This document shows positions 26,201-35,200 of a DNA stretch of 64,000 nucleotides, piece after piece. The stretch covers positions 5,433 through 69,432 of the IMG/VR virus record IMGVR_UViG_3300035182_000347, one strand, 5' to 3'. The translations under genes and the position numbers were made by a program. The notes beneath the pieces were generated by a model, which worked only from the letters and a program-made list of their open reading frames with translations, was not told where the DNA came from and did not search any database. Source of the stretch: a virus. Numbering within the stretch: the stretch's first letter is position 1; the number at the start of each line of letters is the position of its first letter.

Positions 26201-29200
26201 CCGCAGTACCGCGAGCAAGCTGAAGACCTCTACAACCGAAAGTTCAGAGGGTTTGCTGAGCGTGAGTTCAGTAATGAGCCGATGGACATTCCGGGGATGA
26301 ATACGGAAGGGTTGAAGGATTACCAATGGGGAACGCTGCGCTGGGCGCTGAATGCCGGCAAGGGGATCATCGCCAGCGACGTGGGACTCGGGAAGGCCCA
26401 GCCGCTAGACGCGAAGATTCTGACGCCAACTGGCTGGAAGTTGATGGGGGAAATGCGCGTCGGAGACGAAGTGATTGCTGGCGACGGAACAGTGACGCAT
26501 GTGACTGGCGTATTCCCGCAAGGCGAGAAAGAGATATTCCGCGTCACCATGTCGGACGGGGCGACAACCGAGTGCTGCGATGAGCACTTGTGGCTTACCC
26601 AGACCACAAAAGAACGCAACAACGAAAGGCGCAGACTTGGCGAAAGCGGGAAGCCAAAAGTCCGCCAGCTATCAGATATTCGCGCAACGCTGCAAAACCT
26701 TGGACGAGAGAAGAATCACGCCATCCCAATGATTGGGCCGGTTGAATTTGCAGCCCGCGATGTGAAGATTGACCCGTATCTGCTTGGCGTTCTCATAGGC
26801 GACGGGAGCCTCGCTAGATGCACCCCGCAGATAAGCAACCCTGAGCCTGGAATTATTGAGGCGTTGCGCGATAAGTTGCCAGATGGATACGCGCTCAATA
26901 AGCAAGCAACAAATGGCGATAGATGCGCCTCATACAACCTATGTAAGTCTGGAACAAATACGCTCCCGAGGAATGGCTTTACGTCGTCCATAGAGGGATA
27001 TGGCTTAAATAAATTGAGCAACGGGAAGTTTGTCCCAGATGACTACAAGTACAACACAAGCGATGTTCGCGTAGCCATACTTCAGGGGCTAATGGATACC
27101 GATGGGTACGTCGACCGTAGGGGCGTGACCGTGCAATTCACCTCAGTTTCTGAGCGCCTAGCAAATGACGTGAAGTTTTTGGTGAACAGCATCGGCGGGA
27201 ATGCGACTATCAAGAGCAAGATTCCGACATTCACCTACAAAGGCGAAAAGAAGCAAGGCCAGCGTGCCTACACGGTACATCTTCGCCTACCTCCTTCAGT
27301 CTCTCCGTTCCTGCATAGCGTGAAGCGGGAGAGAGTCGTTCCGAAGAGCAAGTATCGGCCGGTACGGTACATCGTTGCCGCCGAATCAGTTGGTATGAAG
27401 CTGGCTCAGTGCATCGCTGTCGCACATGAAAGCCACCTGTACGTCACCGATGATTTCATCGTCACACACAATACCGTCGCATCGCTCATGCTGGTCAAGA
27501 CGCTGGTCGCAACAGGCCAAGCCAATCGCCCGATGATTGTCGTGCCTAAGTCGGTGCTGTCCAACTGGGCCGCCGAAGCTGAAAAGTGGTTTCCAGGCAG
27601 CAAGGTTCTGCTGATTGGTGCTGATGGCGATAATGCCCAAGAGCGTAAGCGCAAGTACCACGACATGCAGCAGAATCACTACGACTTCATCATTGTGTCC
27701 GAGCCGTCGTTCGAAGAACTTGATCTTGATCCGGCGACCAAGGTCGAATACAACGCTAGAGATTTTTGGGTACAGCGCGGCGACAGGCTGGGGAGTGCAG
27801 GAGACAAGCGAACCAACAAGATCAGGGAAGCCTGGAATCAGTCGCGCGCCGGGCAGGAGTTCAGCGGGAAGGATAGAACGGACGCGACCTACTTCAACCA
27901 GATGGGCGTGGACGCCATCGTATATGACGAAGCGCACCATACAAAGAACCTTGTTGGCGTGAAGTCCCGCTTTGGTGAGTCTCCGAAGTATCTCGGTGGC
28001 GGCGGGCTATCGATGCGCTCGCTCGACTTCAATCTTAAATCGCGCTGGCTGATGGATCACAACAACGGCAAGAACGTGTTTTTGTGCACGGCAACGCCTA
28101 CCAAAAATAGCCCACTGGAAATATTCAGCATGATCTCGCATGTTGCGCCAGAGTTATTCGAGCGAATCGGCGTGCGCAACAGCGAGGAATTTCTCGACCG
28201 CTTTGCAAAATTCGAGAACGGCATGGCGCTGGACACGGGCGGCACAATGAAAGAGGCGCTGATTACCGCTGGCTTCCAGAATATGGACGAGCTGCGCGCC
28301 ATCATGAAGCGTGCGATTCGGCGCAAGACGGCCGATGACGTTGGCCTCAAGCTCCCGCAACGCCAGGACGTACAGCACATGATCCAGATGGACGACGCCC
28401 AGCAGGCCAAGTATGCTGAGTTGCGTGAGTTAGCGGCGGAGGCTGGCAGCAGAGACGCGACGGGCGACTCGCACATTTTCAGCATCATGGACAAGATGAA
28501 CAAGGCGGCGACGGATATGTCTTTGCTTGATTCCGACTACGATGCCACCAAGTCACCAAAGTACGTCGCCTGTGCTGCCGAGATTGTCAAAAACATGAAG
28601 GACGGCGGACAGATCGTGTTTTCAGATTACGTCGACTCGCACGAAAAGATTGCGGCGGCACTGGTGGCGTCCGGCATTCCGCGCAAGCAGATCGGCATCC
28701 TCAACGCCAAGGCGGCATCCTCGTCGGAAAAACGCCAGAAGATTGCCGACGACTTCAATGCCGGAAAGCTGCGCGTGGTGATCGGCAACACGGCGGTGAT
28801 GGGAGAGGGCTTGAACCTGCAAAAAGGCACCAGCGATATTCACCACCTCGACCTGCCATGGGAGCCAGCCTCGATGCAGCAGCGCAATGGCCGCGGCTTG
28901 CGGCAAGGAAACACCAATGCCGGCGTGCGCATCCATAACTACTTGGCGCGCGGCAGCTTTGACGGTTACCGCCTGCAGGCCATCATGGCGAAAAAGGATT
29001 GGCAGGACGCGGTATGGAATGGCGGCAATGAGGTGGAAAACCTCAACAAGCAAGACATCAATCGCGAAGAGCTGATGATCATGCTGGCCGCTGACCCAGA
29101 TCAGGCCCGCGAAGCCTACGAGTCGAATAACAAAGACAAGGAGGCGCGACTGATTGCCGGCAAGACGGCAGAGTCGGCGCAGCGCTTCGACAAGTTTCAG

Positions 29201-30643
29201 GAGATCAAGCGCAGTTTCAATGCCATCAAGGACAAGGATACGCAAAGCGCCATACGACTCAAGGCCAAAATGGACAAGGAATACTCTGCCCTGCGGGCGG
29301 ATCGCTACTTCACTGCCAAGGCAGCCTTGGACATGGATCAGGTCATCGTTAATTCATCCGGGGTCATGCTGCATTCAGGGGCCGGGATCGACCTGGGTGA
29401 TGAAGGGCGCTATGTGGTGACCGAGGTTGATCCGCGCAAGGGCGATGTATCGATGCGGCGCTACGGCGATGAAACAGGGCTCTTCAAGCGAGTGATAGCA
29501 GCAAGGGACATTGCCAAAATCAAGCCATTCGCCTTTAGCAAAGACGAAGAGAACGAGGAAATTGCCCGCAAGATTGCATCAAAGCCGCTGGAGATCAAAT
29601 CGATGGATGATGTCTATAAGCTGCCTGACGGAGCAATTAATGCCAACCGCGACAAGATTCAGGCGCAGTTATGGGAGGGCTTGCGCAACTACAGCATCCA
29701 CTCTTATGGCGTTATTCCGCTGATCGAAAAGTCGACCGGGAAGGTGGTTACGGCCAATAGCTACGATGTGACCAGCAAGTCGCCGAAGTACAGCGAAGCG
29801 GAATACGATATTCTGACGCCGACGATTGAGAACAAAGCCAAGCTGCTGGAAGCGTGGAAGGATGCCGAGCGCAAGGCAGAATTCAGCACGCAACATTACC
29901 AAGCAAAGCGCGGAAAAAGCACATCGATAGCAAGACGCGCCTATGGGACGTCCATCACCTATGAAAACCCGCTCTCGGACATCATCAAGAAAGTGACCGG
30001 CGGCAGTGGACAGTATTACGACGACGACCACCCAGCCATCAAAGCGGTGCGCGAAGAATTGCATGCGGAGCAGTTGCAGCGCATGCGGCGCGCAACCACG
30101 TTTGACGATGCGCTACAGGCCGCCAAGCCGCTGGGCGAAATCAAGTTCGCGCAATCAGGCTACGACGCGCGAGTCGATTTACCAAAAAAGGCTATTGCAA
30201 TTCTGTGGGCTAAAGCTCGCCAGCAAGGCATCCTTGGCGAGAAGATTAACGAGCATCTATTGAACGGACGGGGCAGCTACTTTATTAAGAATGGCCACAA
30301 TCAAATCCATCAGGCATTGCTCGAAATGGCGAACAGTTCAGGCCATGATGATTTGGTGCATGCGATTGCCGATGCCGGAATCCGGCACCACAAGGGAGCG
30401 GATCACGCTGCGGCGCTGAACGGGCTGGCGCAAGGCTTTGCCCATTCTGTTGATAAGGTGGCCGCCATGCAAAAACTCGCCGATGCAGCCGGAATGATGG
30501 ACCGAAAGCGCAATCAGGGATTCGTGGGCGGGGCTTTAGTCGCACCCTCGTGGAATAAAGAAGAAGGCGAGCAAACCATCCGCGATAAACTGAGCGAAAT
30601 GCTTGAGGAAGCGCAAAAACGCGAACAGGGGAAAGTGAAGTGA
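23273..30643 (+). CDS. DarB-like N6-adenine methyltransferase-SNF2 helicase fusion, intein-containing
   Basis: VLEPSCGPG, IGNVPF; GLGK[intein]T, DEAH, TATP, QRNGRGLRQG. Confidence 0.9.
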   Translation: MLNSANVRIILVIKSQGMLFDMPIQVGSSVDKHGRFRQAHTRIQKVRAKELPSVREPIAEEIKPNTRLAAWLDKHGGIGSVAKIVAEAPDAAQAKMIDLMAGVGKLTPEQARKLLDSAIPNDSQADLFAQAPKATDGTDDLFSQPATVKGKWKLKSPPPAEESHAQATEAIETEPPKAPEEKPAAKLTEAQKVGAGETAKLDYEGFRKEYEELFNRMMSYSPNEVGSGIYADKMAKLSDDYPEFMDRFDRNDDEIHNLKRIKAINERQGLDLDVAGMASQTLKESGRLPEVFADVPSAQPVTAPPHGEAIQFGVQAGITKQARRDLNAQAVAIVQRGGPFSDDDKAILRQYSGNGGCGDSLNEYYTRQDVAAAMWVALQSMGVMGGSVLEPSCGPGVFLHTAPNSFKVTGVEMDGVSAQVAKALHGDRHEIQNASLERFAVQDNRQFDAVIGNVPFGLRGSLIRDDKPHLKTAEAYFCDTAMDKCKAGGIVGLIVPTGVMDSRTNRKLREMLLRKGQFLGAQRMPNTAFEHAHTEVTTDIIWLRKYPDDVSGALSSSPVGQSQLKSLGIWDDEFLSGSYFTGRGAANIHGSMEAGWRAKAGIGADITVTGSMKDVADSLAMFKPEVAAKIPTVPDIMDAVGADEKARAKVLGATMTRPYEKQGKAGDTKTVDGIAYVLQGRPLRWHRVDEVVQSEALIQGRDIAARIETLIAGSAPVDRDQLQKDLHAWVAAHGVPAKNKDVLLGAQQDKSLYRLIGAVNSQGELSDWVTGKAAKKVAGNFEATVQSLLNDHETAAVRSIALSAGIHEEEALDQLYGSPKYAIDPATGEWTTQDIYLSGDLWAKSDAAKESLTNIDLAPEMRSKLEKQSAMLMEAIAPVSLEDAFIQVNSAFLPTSILSSFLTWRNKEGPQARDWSKSLDPVEVTFADGVYTIEGGNKWGMQKDLDKYLNRTGLRKDDKHTIDDLNVEFKEWLCASPQYREQAEDLYNRKFRGFAEREFSNEPMDIPGMNTEGLKDYQWGTLRWALNAGKGIIASDVGLGKAQPLDAKILTPTGWKLMGEMRVGDEVIAGDGTVTHVTGVFPQGEKEIFRVTMSDGATTECCDEHLWLTQTTKERNNERRRLGESGKPKVRQLSDIRATLQNLGREKNHAIPMIGPVEFAARDVKIDPYLLGVLIGDGSLARCTPQISNPEPGIIEALRDKLPDGYALNKQATNGDRCASYNLCKSGTNTLPRNGFTSSIEGYGLNKLSNGKFVPDDYKYNTSDVRVAILQGLMDTDGYVDRRGVTVQFTSVSERLANDVKFLVNSIGGNATIKSKIPTFTYKGEKKQGQRAYTVHLRLPPSVSPFLHSVKRERVVPKSKYRPVRYIVAAESVGMKLAQCIAVAHESHLYVTDDFIVTHNTVASLMLVKTLVATGQANRPMIVVPKSVLSNWAAEAEKWFPGSKVLLIGADGDNAQERKRKYHDMQQNHYDFIIVSEPSFEELDLDPATKVEYNARDFWVQRGDRLGSAGDKRTNKIREAWNQSRAGQEFSGKDRTDATYFNQMGVDAIVYDEAHHTKNLVGVKSRFGESPKYLGGGGLSMRSLDFNLKSRWLMDHNNGKNVFLCTATPTKNSPLEIFSMISHVAPELFERIGVRNSEEFLDRFAKFENGMALDTGGTMKEALITAGFQNMDELRAIMKRAIRRKTADDVGLKLPQRQDVQHMIQMDDAQQAKYAELRELAAEAGSRDATGDSHIFSIMDKMNKAATDMSLLDSDYDATKSPKYVACAAEIVKNMKDGGQIVFSDYVDSHEKIAAALVASGIPRKQIGILNAKAASSSEKRQKIADDFNAGKLRVVIGNTAVMGEGLNLQKGTSDIHHLDLPWEPASMQQRNGRGLRQGNTNAGVRIHNYLARGSFDGYRLQAIMAKKDWQDAVWNGGNEVENLNKQDINREELMIMLAADPDQAREAYESNNKDKEARLIAGKTAESAQRFDKFQEIKRSFNAIKDKDTQSAIRLKAKMDKEYSALRADRYFTAKAALDMDQVIVNSSGVMLHSGAGIDLGDEGRYVVTEVDPRKGDVSMRRYGDETGLFKRVIAARDIAKIKPFAFSKDEENEEIARKIASKPLEIKSMDDVYKLPDGAINANRDKIQAQLWEGLRNYSIHSYGVIPLIEKSTGKVVTANSYDVTSKSPKYSEAEYDILTPTIENKAKLLEAWKDAERKAEFSTQHYQAKRGKSTSIARRAYGTSITYENPLSDIIKKVTGGSGQYYDDDHPAIKAVREELHAEQLQRMRRATTFDDALQAAKPLGEIKFAQSGYDARVDLPKKAIAILWAKARQQGILGEKINEHLLNGRGSYFIKNGHNQIHQALLEMANSSGHDDLVHAIADAGIRHHKGADHAAALNGLAQGFAHSVDKVAAMQKLADAAGMMDRKRNQGFVGGALVAPSWNKEEGEQTIRDKLSEMLEEAQKREQGKVK
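26396..27472 (+). mobile_element. intein (359 aa, class 3-like) with LAGLIDADG homing endonuclease
   Basis: Starts AQPLDAKILTPTGW, ends IVTHN before Thr; LLGVLIGDG and LQGLMDTDG; splits Walker A. Confidence 0.92.
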
Positions 30644-31560
30644 ATACCAAACAAGTCTTCCGCATCAAGCCAGCGCCAATCATTTTGCTATTCAAATCCG
30701 TCAGTCGCGGCGACAAATATACGCTTGATATGTTTGGCGGAAACCAAGGCGGTCTATTCACTGCGCCATCGAACGTGCATGGCTACACCGACAAGAATGG
30801 ACGTACCGTCGCTCCGCACACAGCAGGGCATAAGCATAAAATAATGCTTGCAAAGCCGAAAACGGAAACGCAGAATAAAGACGTTGGCGCAACGCCAGCA
30901 GCGCAAGCAAGCGCAAGTCGTGCGACGGACAATCAGTCGCTGGAGATGAAGATGAGCAATACTTACACGTTCCACCAAGATCATTCAATAAAAGACTTGC
31001 GCGGGAAGACGTTCACTGTGGCGAAATTTGACAAGATATTGAACAACGGCAAGCGAGTGGACGCGGCCGTTTTCAAGGAATCGTTTCAAGGAAAACCGAT
31101 CATGGCGCTGGTATCTGGAAAGCCTGAGCTTGAGGCTATGCTAGCAGCGAAGAATGCAGAAAAGGAACGGAAAGCCGCCGCTGATCGCGCTGCTGCCGCC
31201 GCTGATCGCGCTGAATTGGAGGCGGCAGTTCCAGGCGTTACCGAGTACGAATCGGCGATGCGGAAGTACCAAAACGCACAGGCAGACTATGAACGCGCCT
31301 CTGAGCGCGGATACCCCGCGAAAGAAGCCGCTGCTGCATCTGCTGCTGATGTTGAGTTGCGGGCAGTCATGAAAAAATACCCGGCGACCGCATTATGGCG
31401 CAAGGTCCAGGGGTACGTTAATGCCAGTAATTACGACAAGCAAGGTGCTGGCATGGCGGCAGATAGCGCAATCAGGTCAGGCACGCCAATAGCCGATGCT
31501 GTCGAAGAAATGGAAGCGGCGTGGAAGTCTGACGCCGAGCGCGCCATGTGGAATTCATGA
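30640..31560 (+). CDS. putative virion-internal protein
   Basis: IILLFKS leader and VHGYTDKNGRTVAPH motif shared with neighbours. Confidence 0.7.
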   Translation: MNTKQVFRIKPAPIILLFKSVSRGDKYTLDMFGGNQGGLFTAPSNVHGYTDKNGRTVAPHTAGHKHKIMLAKPKTETQNKDVGATPAAQASASRATDNQSLEMKMSNTYTFHQDHSIKDLRGKTFTVAKFDKILNNGKRVDAAVFKESFQGKPIMALVSGKPELEAMLAAKNAEKERKAAADRAAAAADRAELEAAVPGVTEYESAMRKYQNAQADYERASERGYPAKEAAAASAADVELRAVMKKYPATALWRKVQGYVNASNYDKQGAGMAADSAIRSGTPIADAVEEMEAAWKSDAERAMWNS

Positions 31561-31856
31561 AAATTCACCTACACTTTCCCGATGGCGGGATTGCCGCCAT
31601 CAATGAACTCGGCCTACGTCAGCGCAACCCTGAGAAGTTGCGCCTCGTCACTGATCACCCGGCGAGCAGTTACGGTATCGGCGTGATTCTGCGCGGCAAT
31701 ACTGGCGAGATATTGGATGGCCGCTCATTTGCTGCCCTCAATAAAGCCTTTGGAGCGTGGATCGAATGCGATAGCGCCGATACTAAACGCAGAGTAGAGA
31801 ATGCGCTGGCAACGGCCGCCGCCGAGCTTGATGACTTCATAAAGGTTTCACCATGA
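31557..31856 (+). CDS. hypothetical protein
   Basis: ATGA-coupled on both sides. Confidence 0.65.
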   Translation: MKIHLHFPDGGIAAINELGLRQRNPEKLRLVTDHPASSYGIGVILRGNTGEILDGRSFAALNKAFGAWIECDSADTKRRVENALATAAAELDDFIKVSP

Positions 31857-32188
31857 TCAACCCCATGCTTCCACCTGACCAGATTGCCGCCAATATCCGC
31901 AAGGTGCTGGACAACAAGATTGAGACGTATCACAACTTCGGCGTCTACTGGTATTTCGTCAAAGCATTCCTGAAGCGATACTACGATCAGATGCAAATGC
32001 CTATTCTGGGTAATTTTGAACAGGCCGATGTCGTCTCCAGAATGCCGCAGTACGACAACTTCGCGGACGCTATGCATGATGCACTGCTGTTCTGGCGAGC
32101 GAACTACGAAAACAACGGCAATGACGCGACCAGCATTGCGCCAGATGATGAGCCAGTGACCTTGTTTGATGAGGATATCGGAATGTAG
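31853..32188 (+). CDS. hypothetical protein
   Basis: ATGA-coupled, 111 aa. Confidence 0.7.
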   Translation: MINPMLPPDQIAANIRKVLDNKIETYHNFGVYWYFVKAFLKRYYDQMQMPILGNFEQADVVSRMPQYDNFADAMHDALLFWRANYENNGNDATSIAPDDEPVTLFDEDIGM

Positions 32189-32212
32189 CCGTACCGCCAG
32201 CGCCAACTTCCC

Positions 32213-32234
32213 GTCGTGACGAGATCATGGCGTG
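32213..32234 (+). promoter_or_regulatory. putative late promoter, leaderless
   Basis: GTCGTGAC-GA-GATCAT-6 nt-ATG(32235). Confidence 0.75.
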
Positions 32235-35200
32235 ATGGAAAAGATCATTCTGCTCATCAAGGCGCAACCAACGCCAGCACAGGCCGAGGCCGGCAACTAC
32301 AAAAAGCGCAAACTCGCATGGCGCGGCCTGACCATCTCAATTGAGAATGAGGCCGGCAGCGTCCGCAAGGGCGTCGGCTGGCGGACGAAGATGCTGTACC
32401 CATACGGGTACATCAACCGCACCGAAGGAAGCGACGGTGATCAAATCGACGTTTATATCGGGCCGGATGAGGCTGCCGATACCGTCTATGTGGTGCATCA
32501 GCGCAAGTATGGCGACTGGGGCAGGTACGACGAGGACAAGTGCATGCTCAATTTCTCGTCAGAGTCGGCGGCGCGCGCAGCCTATCTGAAGCACTACGAT
32601 GATCCGCGCTTCCTTGGGCCGATTACCGCCATCCCGGTGGATGAGTTTGTCGATAAATCGCTGGCGGCAAACGGGCGGATGGTGAAGTCCATTACCCTGA
32701 TTTTCCCCAATGGCAATCGGCATCTAGTTGCTGGTGGTGATTGGGCATTCGATAACACCCTCGCCAAATCCGATCTTTCTCCTGGGCAGCGTTGGATAAC
32801 TGTTCATTCACACTCACACGGTGAAGGCAAGGGTACGCCCGTCCTAGTGCAAGAGGTTCCGCACAGCCCAGGCGTATATCACGTCATTGGCGGTGCTGGC
32901 GGCAAGCTCAACATGCTCAAGATGACCGGCATCAAGCCACAATCAAGCTACAAGGAGCATTTGGCAAAGAAAGCCAAGGAGAAAGCTGATCAGAAAAAGA
33001 AGCTGCGCGAACGCGACAAGGAGATGGGCATCGAGAAGGGCAAAGGCAAGGCGCGCGAAGCTGTCATGTCGCAAAAGCATGAGGCGCAAAAGGGATTCAT
33101 CAAGAAAGTGGCCGAGAAAATGGGCTGGAAGGATGAAGACCTTGCGCCCAATATACCGGCGAACGTCTCCGATGTGACGCGCAACAAGCTCGAAGCGAAG
33201 CACCATAGCGAATTGTTGAGAAAGGCGCACCAGGCGGTTGATTTGCAGCGGCAGAATCTGCTGACTGATGTGGTGGCGCGGCAGGAGGCCGGCATTGCAC
33301 CAGAGCCCAATGAGCACGACGATTCGACGCTTTCCACAGCGGACCTTGACGACACGCGGCCACAAGCGAAATCCGGGCTGGGCTTTTCCGCCCACTACGC
33401 CGAGCGCGCCGAAGCGCAAGGGGCAACGCAGGAAGTCATCCAGAAGGAAGCCGACGAAAAGAAAGCCGCTCGGCAGGCCATGCTGACCGATGGCCAACGC
33501 TCAGACATCAAGCATCGCGGCACGGTGCAGGCCCAGATCAAGGAAGAAATCAAGGCCATTCGCGAGCCCGTCACGAAAGACGTAAAAGCCGTGCTAGCTG
33601 ACGCCAAGAGCGCGGTGGAATTGCTCAAAGCGCAGAATCAACTCAAGGCCATTGAGAAGTCGGCCGGCGCTGCCATGAAGGACATTGACGAAGCGAAAGA
33701 AGTCAAAGCCTACAACCTGGAAGTGTCGGCACCGGATGATGCCTCAATCGAAGAGGGCATCGAAAACGACCTGCGCACCATTCGCACCAAAGCCTTCCTT
33801 TCAGCCATCGATAAAGAATTCGATGATCCAGAAAAGCAGATTCGTCAACATGTCGGCGCGGGCGCGTTCAACTCGGTCAACTCTCTCGCCATCACCAAGG
33901 GCGGCGCGGCGCTGGTAGATCGCTCCGTGGTCGATGTGCTCGGTATAAGTGGTGCAGCTCAGGTATTAGTGCGGCGGCTGTATGCTGACTTGCCGGCCGA
34001 CGAGATGGAAAAGCTCGTGGGCGAAATGGAGGATTACCATCTACATCACTACATGGAAACCTCGCAAGACGCGCTCAAGGAAGCGAAAGACCTGCATGAT
34101 GCTGCAAAGGAAATTCAGCTTGGCGAAGCGTCGCATGGCGATGATTTCGAGGCGGCGCGGGAGATCGGCGCACGGCGTAAGGCTTGTATCGAGCAAGCTC
34201 ATCAGATACTTGGGACTGCGCTGGGTGAAATGGAGGCCAATGCCGCGCTGGTAGTCGCCCTCAAGGGCGGGCGCAACGACAATCCGCTGGAAGTGCCGCT
34301 TGGCAAGATAGCCGACGAAGATGCAATTCGCCAGGCACGCGCCATCGGCCTGCAACGCGGCGACTACAGCATCACCAAGATCGCCGGCAATCAGGTATTG
34401 ACCGTGACACCGGGGGGTATGGACCGCCTTGCAAAGCCGGTCGACAAGGCCGAATTGGAGCGCACGCGCAACACGCTGGACATCATCAACGGCGGGCAGG
34501 ATGAAGACGACTGGCTACCCATGGGATTCTCGAACCGGCCAGACTTGGCGCTTGACCTGAAACCGGGCGTGGCCGCGACATTGGCGCAACCCTTCGCGCC
34601 ATCGGCCGACCTGGAACAGTCGCTGCGCGACTACATCGGCGGGCGCACGGCCGACGGCGATTCTCCGAGTGACATCGTGGCCGATATTCAGTCATCGGAT
34701 TTTTTCGACAAGGCCGGCAACAACGAAGCCTACCGGGCGGCGCTGGATGCGGTGGCACCACTCAAGGGCAAAGACGGCAAGATGGCGCGCGCCGAATCAC
34801 TGGCCGACGCCTTCAACCAGTACGCCGATACCTTTGTCGGAGGCAAGGCTTCAACCTTGCAGCGTCAGAACTTTACCCCTGACGCAGTGGCGCAAGATGC
34901 ACTGCATCGCGCTCTCGCAGACGAGCCAGCCGGAGTCGTCGCCTACAAGCCCATTGGAGAGCTGTCGCACGACGATCAGGCAGTCTTGCGCAAGTATTTT
35001 TACGCCAATGTAGCTCACGAAAGCCCGGAAGCGGCCAACTTGCGCGAGCGTCTTGAGACCATTGGCGCGCACGAACCAGAAAAAGAGTCGGTCGATATGT
35101 TTGGCGACACGACGATCAATCAGGAATGGTACGACTGGAAAGCGCAACGCGATACGCTGGCCGAAGAGGTCAATAGCGCCTCGCTGAACTGGCAGAAGTA

